Assembly (NCBI GenBank): GCA_013115145.1
Contig: JAAPAO010000007.1
Span: 102,479 to 166,478, forward strand
Reading direction: 5' to 3'
DNA: 64,000 bases
Source of the DNA: Perkinsus chesapeaki ATCC PRA-425
Lineage: Eukaryota; Protista; Perkinsozoa
Part shown: positions 10,879-26,118 of the stretch, piece after piece
Numbering within the stretch: position 1 is the stretch's first letter
How the letters are laid out: each line of letters opens with the position of its first letter
Notes under the pieces: generated by a model
Database searches by the model: none
Told to the model about the DNA's origin: nothing
What the model saw: the letters and a program-made list of their open reading frames with translations, nothing else
Position numbers and translations under genes: made by a program

Positions 10879-13800
10879 CTAATCGGTAGGAGTTGCCGCC
10901 GAAGCTGTCGCTTTGTCGAGCTCGGCTTTCCTCTCAGCCTCTCGAAGCCGCAGCGGAATGTAGTCTTTCATATCTTCCTCCTCCACCAAGTCGCCAACAT
11001 CAAGCTGGAGGATGTCGCAACTGCCAAGACGAGAACTATCGATCCGCCGAACGTCGCCTTCGGTAGTAGCCTACTGTCTCGAGCCGAGTAGCTCTGCCAT
11101 GGAGGGTCTGGTCCTGCCAAAGTCACCATGGACGAATTCCTTGATATACATTCCGGCACTGCACGCCAGGGACACCTGAGGGGAGTTCAGTAGGCCATGA
11201 TGGCTGAGCCTATGGTGCCCACTTTGAGGTAATGTGGATTTATCATCTCACAGGTGATGCTATGCATTATTTTAGTCCGCATGGCGTTGGCTCGTCTGTG
11301 CATGACTCGAAGAGGAGTCCTCTGATGGATCTCCAACTCCTTCATAGCGTTCACCCTCTCCACGACTTCCTCGGTAACCGGGTCCTCACACCACACGACA
11401 CACACGTACCTGAGGTTGTTAATAATAATAACAACATCTAAGGTATAGACCCTGAGAGAATTGAAGACTGATAATAAAAGACCCCATAGTAGTAATGATA
11501 TAATAAATGTAATGGTATAATAGTAACAAATGTAGCTCCCTCCATTCCCTTCCCCTGAGCATCGCCTACACTTTAGTGTGTCTCTCACTAGACCAGCCTA
11601 GCCATTCCATAACATGCTTATCAGCTGGATGGATGAACATAACTTCAAAGGCATCGGTCTTGGCAGCAAGAGAAGGCCAGTCCACCTTGTGGTGCGGGAG
11701 GAGCAGGTTCCTGTGGGCATCTGGTATCTAATGGACGATCTGGACCCCCTATGGAACGATCTGTATGGATCCACCCTACCTCTACAGCAAATGGTCGGCC
11801 GTTGCCAAGCATTCTAACATCCACGTCCTCTCGACCAGCACTGCAGAAGCTACACCGTTTCCAGTCAGCACCGAGGGCCTCGCAAATGGGCTCTGACCGG
11901 AACGCGTGGATCCCGCCGCGGAGAAGGTACAGATCGAGTACGAACTTTGGGGGTGTGTTCACAAAATGGGTTTTATATCGGCGGTAACTAATTTGGCTGC
12001 AGATATCCCTGCTGGAGGGGATCCAGCTTCATCGATGTGCTCTGATGACTCAATTTTAATAATATAGCACCGATGATCATGTTGCTACTTCAAAACAATA
12101 GTTCTACGATCTTTATGTCCTTACAGCCTCGTGGTAAGCAAATGGATATTATTACTAAGGGCAATCTCCGAGGCCGACGTCTCGCACCGGCTACGTGGCT
12201 TGGCACCATCCCGGACAACCCATGGTGTCTGGGATATCTTCCTGCTGAACTTCCTATACCTCCCAAAGAGGTAAATACTGTCACGATTGATAACAGCCTC
12301 TAGAGTTGGTCTAAACTGAGCTGTATTAGGATACGCCTTCATGCACTTCCTCAAGTCATCCACACCTACATTCGACATCATAACCCTCCGCCCTCCCCTC
12401 CACCCTACCAAGTAGCATTTCCAGGCGCTCGGAGCTCTGCCCTCTCATAGCCTTTATAATAGTGTTGGCCGATGGCAGGTCCTCTGGCTCAGAGCCCTCT
12501 GGTGATGATTCCGTGGAGGGCTGTTGAGAGATGATGCCTGCACTACGGTGACAGTGCCTACTACCTCCTCAGTGGAGGACGATTCTCCTCTATTTTTATC
12601 TCTTCGCCATCGGCCCTTCCCTTTGCCACCTTTCCGTGCAAACTTCCTATCATCTTTCCATTCTAGTGGGGAGGACAATCATAAGACATAATCATCACAG
12701 CAGTCCCTTCCTACTCGAAGGTGGTCTGATCCTCTGTTCACTGGCCAACGCTGAGCACTCTAACCTGTCCGCCTCCGGGGAGTTGACCTATAACAACCGA
12801 GCATCCCCGACCAACGATGCTTTACTATAAAAGTCCGATCTAGAGACTGACGTTCGAGTCCCGTGTATGAGGTCGAGGTAACGGTTACCTGGTGACCCCT
12901 AGCTACCCAAGCTAGTAATAACCGTCCCTATACACCCTCACGGAAACGACGCTGAATGATGGAATAAGCTTCCGAAGGCACTACAGTCTACTTTCCGTGG
13001 AAGAGTGAATATTTGTTACTACTTCTAGAGTAACTCTAAAGTAGGCATCTGCCACTGGTGGTGATGCAGCCAAGGTCTCCTGTGTCACACCAGGGGTCAT
13101 CTTACGCATCTTGTTGATCAGCTCGGGCAGCAACACCCACCGCAATACCTCCCGGACCTCTGGAACCTGATAACACTGCTACGTATCTGGTACGCTCTTC
13201 CAGAGGGATACAAATGAGTATAGCTTTTAAGGAGAAGGACACCAAGTGATGGCCTAAGAAGCGTCCCCGGTTTTGTATTGAAAATGCATCTTGCACAAAC
13301 CGTCACGATTCCCTAATGTATACTCTTTTCGTTGGGAACGCTGGTATGTACAAGGTAGATCACCGAGCACCAGGAAGCACCGAGCCCTCAAGATGGCACC
13401 GTAGTAGCACTCAGCTGCCTCCGCCGACCACCGCCCGCTATAGTACCTCCTCCACTTGATCCTTCTCGTATAGGACCTTCTCAATAAACCCACGGACTAC
13501 CAGCGCTGGTGGCAGACGAGTCGATAGGACCAGATCGTAGGTGTCCTCGAAACTGAGCAATACTTTACACCCACGGGAAGGCCACCTTCAATTTACCCTG
13601 ATGAGTTAATAGCCGCGATGATGTCCTCCATTACAGGGTTCTCATGCTTAATCCGACATGGGTCCTCTAGAAGCCCGAAACAGCCACCACAGAGATACTC
13701 CGGCTCCGGTCTGAAGCCATGGCAATGTCCTCTTCCCTCTCTGGAAGGCCCGCTGCTCCGGTTGTACTACCTGCTATCAGTTGGTGGGCCAACCCATTGC

Positions 13801-13889
13801 TCAGGTTTGTATCGTTCTGGCTCCTTGATGCCCTCATAACGCAGACCGCATCGCCAGCACAGATAATCTGCCGAGGGCGCGCTCGACAT
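10879..13889 (-). CDS. PUS10: tRNA pseudouridine synthase Pus10 (multi-exon)
   Basis: N-terminal Zn ligands (LCWRC..LCGGCFGLL), GRYRKFSRKISQTPW, catalytic SAGREDVDVRMLGNGRPF, QRTPLRVMHRR, YIKEFVHGDFGRTRPS and DILQLDV. Confidence 0.9.
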
Positions 13890-14246
13890 TATTAGACCGT
13901 CTCGAGCGTCTAGATCTTCGCCGTCACTTGAACGCAACTCAACTCCGTAGTACGGGAAAGTCTTAGTGGTCCGCTAGTAAATACGAAGGTCCTTGCTCCG
14001 AACTGCCGTCAGCAAGCAGCGTAACCAACACCAGTAGAGGACTGCGGGCCGGACAGCTGAGGAGCTAGAGGGGCTCCAACGCTCAAAAAGTCCACGAAGG
14101 AGAAAACTCTGGTGTGGTGGTGGAGCGAGATCTCGCTGCTACTGATGATGGGGAGAGGACGAAGAATGGAGGCTATTATTGCCTCTGGTCACACAAGGCA
14201 ACCGACTAGTGTTAATAATACAGACATGGTACTTATAGATTACTAG

Positions 14247-14353
14247 CGACAACAACAACAACACCGAAGTGTAGAACAGTTACAGTAGGGCTACGACAAC
14301 AACAACAACACCGAAGTGTAGAACAGTTACAGTAGGGCTACGACAACAACAAC
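14247..14353. repeat. 47-bp tandem repeat, about 2.3 copies
   Basis: Unit cgacaacaacaacaacaccgaagtgtagaacagttacagtagggcta starts at 14247 and 14294, with a partial copy at 14341. Confidence 0.95.
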
Positions 14354-14483
14354 AGCTGGGGGTAGTAATACGACAAGGAGGGACATCAGACATAGTCAAT
14401 AATGGTGCTGGTGATGATGGCAACAGCAACAACAATACACCTAGTGCAGAAGAACAGATGGGCTTAGATAATGATGTGCTTGT

Positions 14484-17395
14484 TCACTGTGGTGATGCTG
14501 CTGCTGGGATACTGGCATCACTTCTCGGTAATGATGTTACATCAACCTAGAAAGGATAACTAATGATGGAGTATACAATAGTTGCCTTACAGTTATAGGG
14601 CTCCCAGCTCCAGTGCTTGATGCTGCTGCTGCTGCTGATGCCTGCTTGCCTGTTGTTGTCGTTGCTGACTGCTTACCACTATTAATCTCTATAACGCCAT
14701 TAGAGGTAGAATGGGAGGAGGAGGAGCATGCTTCATCCTGGGGAAAAGGTACATGAACTGATGAGATGGACGGGCTTGATGGACTTGTAGAGGAGGCGGA
14801 GGAGGAGGATAGGCTAGCTATCAAGGACGCCAAGGTTGAAGGGTCTCCAACTACGGACAAAATGTAACCCAGCAAGCAGCTTCAACCTTACCTTCACTGC
14901 GATGACCAGGCATACTGTGGCTGGCATTGCCGGTAGCCACCACCGGGCGACGAGGGACATTCGGGGACCTATGACATGGTGAAGTGGGGAAGGGACAGGA
15001 GACGGGAAGGGTACTCTGAGATGGATGAGGAGGATACTGCCGAGTTGAGAGGGTTCCACCAACTCTGAAAAGGCAAAGTCACGCTGCTGCCGGTGCTGGG
15101 ACAAATAACAAGGGGGAACTTACAGAGTTGCTGGGAGTGAAGGTGGCTGCAGTGGCGCTGAGATGGCTGCTACTACTGCTGGCCCCGGAGGTCCCAGTAG
15201 TACCAAGATCTGAGGAAGAAGCGGTACAACCACCTGCTACTGGAGGTTTTACCAAACTGGCCGGAAAAACCGCCGAAGGAGCCGAAGTCAACACTGTCGC
15301 TGCTATTGCTAGCATTGGTGCTGCCAGTGTGAGGGCCAGATCCCGCCACGGACACGTTGGTGCCTGCAAAGATACTCACCATGGCAGCACTGAAATGACT
15401 GATGTGATGAGAAGGAGAGGAAGAGATGGTTACAATCCACTGATTTGTTAAAGAAGAAGCACCCATGGGAAAAAACCTTAATAGATTTGCGAAATTCCAG
15501 TCTCCCAATAGCAAAGCGAAGAGAGGGTCCTTACGTACCTGTAGTAGGGGCGTTCCGAGGTGATGTGGCAAGGGGGCCAAAGGGGCTGGCAGCCTCAGCT
15601 CGACCAAAGCCATAGGAGCGCATCAACTGCTCGGCAAGTTTGGCCAAGGAGTCACTGAAATTGAACACGCTCGGTTACCAGGTATGAAGGAGAATGCTTA
15701 CTCGGGGGCAAGTGAAGTGGTAGCAGGAGGGTCAGCAGCAGCAGGGACGGCATCCCAGGACGAAGTGAACCCACCTCGTGAGTAATCAACCTGCGCAGCA
15801 GGTGAGGTGGTGAGGTGGCGGCAAGGACCACTGGACTCACGCTAGGGGTAAAAGAGGGAGCATCAACACTTAGGTTGCTAGCGGCACTGCTGCCTCGTTC
15901 GGCCAGGACGGAGCCTGTTGTGAAGTTGTCAAACGAGGACAGGGATGGCGCCAAATCTTCCGAGTGCGCCGATGACGACAATGGAAGGGCTTGTGAGAAG
16001 GCATTGGGCATGATGGACTCGAACCCAGGAGGAGGGGTATTAACCTCAGACTCACTAAGCTCCTCTTGGGTGGGAACTAAGACACCACAAACAACGACTA
16101 TGCGGCTGCGGCGGGAGAGGAAGAAGGCTGCCTCCTACAAAACTGTGTATTGCGTCCATCGTAGCCTCCGCCATGCCTTGAGGCCGCTGGGCCATTGGAC
16201 GTCACTTGGGTCTGCTGCTGCTGGTGCTGCTGCTGTGTTGGTACACTGGATGGCATTCGGTTGCTACCACCCGCAACACCTGATGCCCGTCTAGTCTTGA
16301 GGAATGCTACTGAAGTCGTACTACCCATCTTGGATGCCACAGAGGCCGCTGTTGCCGCGACCTGCGGATCGGTCGGAATACTGGCGCCATTTTGAAAACC
16401 GCAATAGACCATGTAGTTCTCCATCAACTGCTCAGCGAGCTGGACGAACTGACTGTGCGAGCGAGACCTGCGGGAGCAAAGATATCTTTGCGCACTCGGA
16501 AGATTTTCACTTGATAGCGTTATATATCTGCCCCTTGAGATTGTATTCTTCTAAAAATGCATCGGGAGCATGTCGCCTAATGATGCGAAGGAGGTCTCGC
16601 TTGCTTAGATTAGCATAATCCGGCCCAAACTCTGCCAGGACCTATCACATGCCAATGGCTGGTGAAGGACAAAAGCATACAGCCTACCATCTCTGTTGTC
16701 GAGTACTGTGTAGGAGGGTACTGCTCGGCCAGTGGAGGGACCTCCCCTCGAACTTGACCGCTCACAGCCCCTGCACTGTGGTAATGGTTGCGTAGAGATT
16801 GCCTAGTCGGCCTGGATGGCGCCGGAGCACCTTGAGTGTAGGCTAAGGCTGTTGGTGACAAAGATGCTGATGAGGTGGGGGTGCTGCGGCTTGGAGCAGC
16901 TGCCACAGGATATGTGGCTGATGATGATGATGACGACGATAATAATAATAACTCTCCCAAAGCCGGTGAGGAGGCGGTTGATGCTAACTGAGGGGCAACC
17001 ATCGGATCTGACAAGGACATAGAAGGCATCCTAAGCCCAAGCGTACCTTGCAGGCTTCGACCTCTGATATGTGGGGGCATCCCTCCCTTTACGGTCCCTC
17101 TGGGCGGCATGCCTCCAGTCCACTGCGTCGGAGCTGCTGGATTAGCTGCTCTCATGCCTTCACTGGGCTGGTGGCCTTGCATGTGATTCGCACTTCCTTG
17201 ATGATGCCGTGGTCCTGAGGGGTTGTTAGTCGTCCAACCATTTGCTGTTGTTGCTGTTGATTGGGCGGCAAAGACAGAGTTGGCCAGGCCCTCTGTGCCT
17301 CCTAGATAGGCCTGGAAGGGATCGGAGGTGTTCCGATCGGCAGAAGAGGAAGAGGAGCCGATGCGAGGATTATGGGACGACGATGGCACCGCCAT
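14484..17395 (-). CDS. Low-complexity Ser/Ala/Pro-rich protein with a BTHB (FKBP25/HECTD1-type) domain and two PAM2-like motifs; ends approximate
   Basis: Several GT-AG-joined minus-strand exons. Spliced LSKRDLLRIIRRHAPDAFLEEYNLKGQIYNAIKSRSHSQFVQLAEQL (16420-16620), SNLSVDAPSFTP (15844-15879) and SHLSATAATFTP (15133-15168). Confidence 0.7.
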
Positions 17396-17581
17396 AATGG
17401 GTAATAACAAAAGCCCTTCCATACCGCACTTCCCTCAAATCATGCCCCCCACAACCCCCTGTTATCCACTTCCGTCACAAGCCAACACCACAAATGGTAG
17501 TGGAAACGACAGTCATCATATCATCAAAAGTAGCAGCCCTTATGGCCTGAGTCTGGGCTACTGGTAATATAACAGTGCTGC

Positions 17582-19561
<1,980 letters not shown>

Positions 19562-19900
19562 TTATTAAGTCAACTGAGAGGTTATTGCCAATATCCACTG
19601 TGTGACTTCTGACCATAGCGTTGGCATTCCAAAGGTCCCAGGTTCCAATCCCACCGGAGTCATTTTTCGGCAATTAATTCCCAACGCACCTTGAGACCGT
19701 GCCACTGGTCCATTCCTATAGCGGTGTTCTAACATCTATCCTAAGCACTCCAAACTCTGATATCTTCCTTCATATCGTTCACCATCACTTGCCGGTTTCT
19801 TTCCTATCTCCTCTAGCACGGCAGCTTGCCAATGGCTGTCTAGGGTCGGTCGCGAGAATGGTCATGGTAATGGTTGTTAGAGTTTCATATTACATCACTA

Positions 19901-22900
19901 ATGGGCCTCCTCCGTAGTGAGACCATGAAGCACGGGACACTGGTCCTGCCCACGGACAGGGCCAGAGAGTTCGTGGACGTCATTGGCTACTCTGTACGGC
20001 GATCAAACCAGATTATTAATACCACATTTCCTTCACTTCAGACTCGGATAGAGTTTGAGGACATGAACAGTGCTAGTATGAACCGGAACTATAGGAAATA
20101 CGTTCAAAGGTAATAGTGAGCTGACTGGGAGGGGCAGGAGGAGGCTTTGGTAGGATTGAGGAGCTTGAGAGGATCATACGGTTCTTGGAGGCCGAGATAG
20201 AGACAGCAGCGCCACACACTAAGATTCGGAAAGGGCATATAAATACATTTCTAATGGAGACGGCCGATGTACTAAAGGGGATATCGGTAGAGCTAGAGGG
20301 AGGCTGTTCAGAGCTACAGGCTTGATACTGTGGAGGTCGATCTTAAGAGGATCTACAAGCGATTTGTTAAGTTCCAAGAGAACAACGCGTAAGCACGCAG
20401 GGCTGGACGGTCGGGCGGGAATGGTGGCTGTGGTGGGCAGGGAGCTGGTCACGTCGAGGAACGCTGCGCTGGAGGAGAAATATGTGTGTTTTGCGGCCAG
20501 CAACTCGCAGGTGTATCTGAATAGTACGGGTGGAGATGGTAATATTATCTATTTATTATTACCTATATAAAATTGTATATAGGCCTTACTGGGACTGGTG
20601 TGATGGCTGGCAGCAGTCCACAGGAGGTAGTAAGTATCATTGTTAAGCAAGGATAGTATTGTCGTATAGGCGTCCCTGATAGAGGAAGGGGAGGCGCTGA
20701 CTGGAGGCTATGGTCGATCATCTCGGGCAACTGCTGGTGTCTCCTGTATTGCCGGTGTGCTCCTACAGGTGGGATGAGATGGGGTTGGGGTGGGAAGAGC
20801 TGGTATTATTTTAGTCGGACCAAGCACGATTCGCCAGAACGCTGTTTCGGGCAACTTTTGGCAATACGTAGGAGGAATCTTTGCGCACTGCGAAGAATTT
20901 GCAATTGCAGATTCACCGATTTCGTACAAATACCTGAGCCTCTACGAGACGCCAAGACCGGCGAGAACGAGTACTACAGCGTCTTCGTTGTCTATTTCCA
21001 GGTGAGGGAGTGGGGTATCTTGAGGTCGACTTCCGACCCTACGTGTTAGAACACCCTTTTGGTTGTCCTCTAGAACTTTCCCCGCCTTTCTGCTTGCGCA
21101 GAGGTGGAAAAAATAGTATCTTCTTCGCCGACATTCCTCCATCTCAGGGATACTCAGCCACTACTGGGAGCATGGCTCAGAAGATCAGGAGAATCTGTAC
21201 CGCCTTTGGTGCTCGTATGTACCCATGGCCACATAGCGAGGCTGAGGCCAACTCGAGGATGAGGGTAGCCATCTTTGCCACACCTCTTGTTACTGGTCCC
21301 TAGGTCCTAGATGAGCTGTTGATCGATAAGCTGCAGGCATTAGATGCATACAGGAGGTTCATTGGGGTAGTGCGGAAAAGGGGACGGGAGAATGGTAATG
21401 TGTTAGTATTCAGGAGGAGGTAGATCAACTAGTGGAGCCTGTGAGACTCGGAGGGAACTCCCTAATTGAGGATTGGTCATTGTTCTTGGCTAAGGTAGTA
21501 GTAGGTCAGGGCCGTGGATCCTATTATCGACCGGGCATGGTCCTGTCGGCATCCCCGATGGTCATTGGTCTTTATTTAGGAAAAGGGTATCTACACCTTA
21601 CTGAACAAGTTCGAAGGCGACGTGACACTACGGTGTGATTGCTGGTATCCAGCGGAGGAGGAGGATGACATTAGGCACACGCTATTTCGGATGAGTTCAA
21701 CTAACATGGTATGCTGGAAGTGGGGTATCTTGGGTCGACTGGAAAGATACTTTACAGGTCGGAGCGATGCTCCTTACTGACCATGATCGATTGTATTCTG
21801 CTGCTGCCGTGGATGAGGAGGATGCCAGTGGGCACAGTAAAGGCCCACCGACGTATATGAAGACCAATGAGGTCACCCAAGTCGCCCAGGATCTGGTCGA
21901 TACGTAAGTGGTCGCGGGTTCGATCCCGGCATCCAGCATCAGATACGGTGTTCCTCGGTATAAGGAGGCTAACCCGGCCCTGTTCACAATAGTGACATTC
22001 CCCTTCCTCTTTGGTGTTATGTTTGGTGATGTCGGCCACGGTGCTATGCTATTCCTCCTAGGCATGTGGGCTATCATACAGGTAACCTCCTCCTTGCCGT
22101 GTACAGTACAGTTCTGTTGTATGTGTCTTAGGGCCCTCAACTTGACCGCAGTTTTCCTATGCTACGCAAGCTCCGGTATATGGTCGTGGCCATGGGGTTC
22201 TTTGCCATATATGCTGGTAGCTTCCCCTGGTTCCTCCGCCCTATCTATCTCTTCTCAGGTCTGATGTATAACGATTTCTTCGCTGTTGGCCTTAATTTGT
22301 TTGGCAGCCGGTAGCGCCCTTATCCCTGTTGCACAAGAACTGTCTCCTTTTTAGATGGGACTGCTCCGGCATCACATGCCGTCCTCTATATGATATAACG
22401 AACACGGGAAATCAGAAGGGTAAGGCAGCATCTCCTCCTGTGGTAGTGGCGGCCACGGGCGATGGTTCAGGATCCTACCCCTACACTGGTCCCTACCCCT
22501 TTGGGCTTGATCCAGTCTGGCATGGCGCTACTAACGAGCTTGTATACGTTAATTCGATGAAGATGAAGACCTCAGTTCTGTTTGGTAATGCCGTCATAAG
22601 CTTTGACAAAGTGATGTTCCGTCAGGCGTTGTTCAAATGCTACTTGGCATCTTTCTTAAGTTCTCAAATGCTATATATGAGAGAAGCGCGCTTGACCTGT
22701 TTTGTGAGTGCATACCGCAGGTAGAGGATGATGTTAGCATTCCTGTATCACCCGGTTGTTTTTTTTAGTTGGTATTCCTCCTGAGCTTCTTCGGATATAT
22801 GGATTGGATGATTCTGTACGCCCCTCCCCTCCCCCTCCTCCATCGGGTACCTGCTGTTGTTGTTAGGTATAAGTGGACCCACGACATCACATTCAATCCG

Positions 22901-24028
22901 GCACCAGGGCTCATTAACACTCTCATCGCTATGGGCCTCGGCCAAGGTGTTAAGCCTGGTCAAGTTCTCTATCCCAGTAGGAAGAGCCTCATTCGGGTAT
23001 TGGTGATGGTATCTTTTGTCAGACCAGGGATGGTGGCAGTCTTTGCTCATATTACTAGCTTTGGTTAGCGTCCCTATTATGCTCATACCAAAGCCATTAA
23101 TCCTATGGTGGAGACATCGGGAAACAGAGTAAGATATAATATGTATTCAGGAGAATGATGCACTGTGTGTGCTGTTGTAGTGAGCAGTTTATGGAGCGTC
23201 AACGTGCCCATGCAGTGCGGCGTCGCGATGAGGCTGGAGTCGGGCTTATGGATGGTGGCGACTCTGTCGAGATGGTGAGTTGATGGGTTAGATGATGGTT
23301 ATGTCTGCTTAGGTTGAGGGTGGATCGTCGTCCTCCTCCTCATCCTCCTCTACAGCGGCTTGGGATACCACTCGCCCACATACCTCCTCCGGCCCATCCA
23401 AGAAGAAGGTCACCGAGGATGAAGAACAAGAGTTCGATCTTGGTGATGTTGTTATACATCAAGTCATAGAAACAATAGAGGTATCATCAAATCCTTGCTG
23501 CTGTTGCTGCTGTTGCTGCTGCTTCACGCTCATTCTCGATCAGTTCGTTCTCGGCACTGTATCTCATACTGCCTCCTATCTCCGTCTCTGGGCCCTATCA
23601 TTAGCTCATCAACAGCTTAGTCTGGTATTCCTCGAAATGACGGTAACACCACCCTCATCCTCACCCCAACTTGCCGCCATCCATGTCACCCTCAGGTCTT
23701 CAATGCTATGTCGAGCGGCCCATATATCCTCAACGCCATCGGTATCTATATCTCATTTGCAATATTTTTTGGCATTACCGTGGCGGTTCTGATGGGCATG
23801 GACGTTCTGGAGTGCTTCCTCCATGTTTTAAGGTGCGCCACTTGTGACACTTCGTCCCGCTAATTTCTGTCTCAAGGTTGCACTGGGTAGAATTCCAGTC
23901 GAAGTTCTTCCTTGGTGATGGCCATAAGTTTGAGCCCTATTCGCATGAGAGTGTAAGTCGAAGAGGATTGGGACGAACGTTCGCAGGTTGTTATGTGACA
24001 GGTATTAGAACAAGCTACTCAGACATGA
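19901..24028 (+). CDS. ATP6V0A: V-type H+-ATPase V0 subunit a (multi-exon)
   Basis: MGLLRSETM start, [75 protein letters not shown] (essential Arg retained) and [19 protein letters not shown]. Confidence 0.95.
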
Positions 24029-24299
24029 GCAGGGTTCAAGCTAAGATATGCATGCCAAGAGTAGCCAAATTCAGGCCAATATAGACTGTTCTGTCTTCGC
24101 TTGATCGATTGATTATGACGATATTGTTTGTTATTAATTATTGCTGTCACCGGGAATCGAACCTGCGTGGTGGTATAGTCCTGATGATTTGGTTAATTAC
24201 TACTAATAATACATTTAGATAAACTTCCTCTCCAAAGAGGGCATTGTAGACTTGTGCTTATCTTTCTTTTGCTATAGTGTTGTCAATGCCCGTAGGGTC

Positions 24300-25200
24300 T
24301 CAGTGAGACAGTCTGTGCTGGGCCGCGCAGTGCCTCCTTTATCTAGAGGTCATCTACAGTACTCTTCCCAGATACCGAGTTCCCCTTCAGGAATTCCGAA
24401 TCAGAACAAGAAACCGGTTATCCCTGGCATGAGTTGTCATAGGCCTTATCAAGATCGAATGATAGAGTCGTCTACCCCAGTAGTTACTATGTGAATACAG
24501 TTTTGCGACTGTATACTGTCCGCTGTTGCATGGAATGGTCAGACCCTGGATGCATCAGCTGTTTTGATGGCGAGTACAGGGAAAACGCGCCCGGCTTCTG
24601 CAGTACGTTTAAGTTCGAGGCGACTTCGTGGTAAAATGTACGAAATTCGTACATCAATCGTCCTCGGAGTGAGCAACGCCCTAGACTTGAAGAATTTTCA
24701 AGTTTAGAAACTCCTAAGAATACTTGGCCTGATGGCTCGAGGGTGAACCACAAGTCTAGGAAATACACGTTAATATCCGACTCTCTATTGCAACTCCCAC
24801 GCGCGTCGCAGAGTCACTGCGCCACAGATTAGACCGCAGGGCGACACACCTCGATTTGGGGTTCCCCTCCTGTGGAACAAACAGGACTTTGAAAGCTACT
24901 GTACTCCTTTTTGCACGGTGAAAACATGGAGATCTAAAAGAAAGCAAGGCTTGCGAGTGAACTCCGCGAAGTTCAGTGGCATGTGCCACCAGTTTCCTAA
25001 TAGACGGCTTAGCGACGATACGCGTACCATCCGCCGTTGCAGAATACTTGCTGGAGCCCTGGTTGATATCATAAGGGGAGTCGGGTTAGCTGCGGCTTGG
25101 TATAGGAAAAGACTATCCTGCTGACAGATGTGAAGGCACATGGCCCCCGAAGAAATGTATCGATGGTATCGTCAACTCCGTGTACGCGCCAAGTGGCGTC
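24300..25200 (-). CDS. Hypothetical protein (probable spliced gene, boundaries unresolved)
   Basis: Overlapping open minus-strand frames (e.g. DSPYDINQGSSKYSATADGTRIVAK.., VYFLDLWFTLEPSGQVFLGV..). No recognised motif. Confidence 0.25.
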
Positions 25201-25346
25201 ATATGCCTATGTGGCATATAGCTCACCTCAAAGCAAGCGGGGGGTTTGAGTTAAAACTTTTGAGCAACAAAGGAAGTATGTCAAGCATGGATGTGATCAG
25301 CGCTTTTGCTTTAATAGGATCCCCCTTACTGTGAAGTCGGGACGAA

Positions 25347-26118
25347 ATGCCTTCCTCGTCTCTGGAGCCTGTCCTATCTATCACAATTTTTACACTGGGG
25401 TATACATTTCTTCATTTATGGTTGAGAAAGTATCACAAAGTTGACACCAGAAGCATCTACTATACCCTTTTCGCTGTCAACACAGCATTTAATATTATCG
25501 TCGGCTTAATCTGTATGTGGATAAGCCGGTCTGAGTTCCCCTATGGGGCTGCCTTCGGGTGAGTGGTCGCGATTTCTCTGCACGGCTGTTAACTGCCGAG
25601 TCAGGTACAACCCGTCACAACCTTTGGTACAGCTCATCTTGGACCACGATCTGGGGCATATCCTATACGATCTGTATCATGTCATCACCTGGAATAAGAA
25701 ACTCAGGCTCCATCATTACATTTGCATTATAGGTAGTTCTGTACTGTCCGCCGAGGCTGATTACCGGTCGTCAGGTTTTGGGTCCGTAAGGGCTCTAAAG
25801 GTCGGTGGTATGATCGCGGTCGTGGACAGTATCTTGGCTGATACCGGATCCGCCGTAAGAGACGAGTATTATCGAAATCCTTCTATGCGTATGTTTAAGA
25901 TAGTTACAGCTACCTACGGTGTTACTAGGAGCTTACTGCTTTTATGGAGTTTGTTCATTGTTAACGAGTTATTCACTAGTCACAATCGGTATCGCCTTAT
26001 TACCCTTATATCTTGGCATTCGCCCAGTCTGCACTCATGGCTGTCAACATACAATTTTTCATCGTTCTCTGCAAGAAGTACCGTAGGAAGTGTGGAGAAC
26101 ACAAGGAGTAACTCTTGA
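25347..26118 (+). CDS. TLC (TRAM/LAG1/CLN8)-domain-like multi-pass membrane protein; 3' end uncertain
   Basis: Hydrophobic helices with GHILYDL..LRLHHYICII (TLC-type YD..HH) and a downstream TYGVTRSLLLLW helix. Confidence 0.55.

Noticed and set aside
14247-14353. Repeat that superficially resembles a CRISPR array
   Set aside because: Units are contiguous with no unique spacers, there are no cas genes, and the context is eukaryotic.
23480-23543. Apparent poly-Cys run in V-ATPase subunit a
   Set aside because: It lies in a GT-AG intron; splicing restores IETIE|[12 protein letters not shown].
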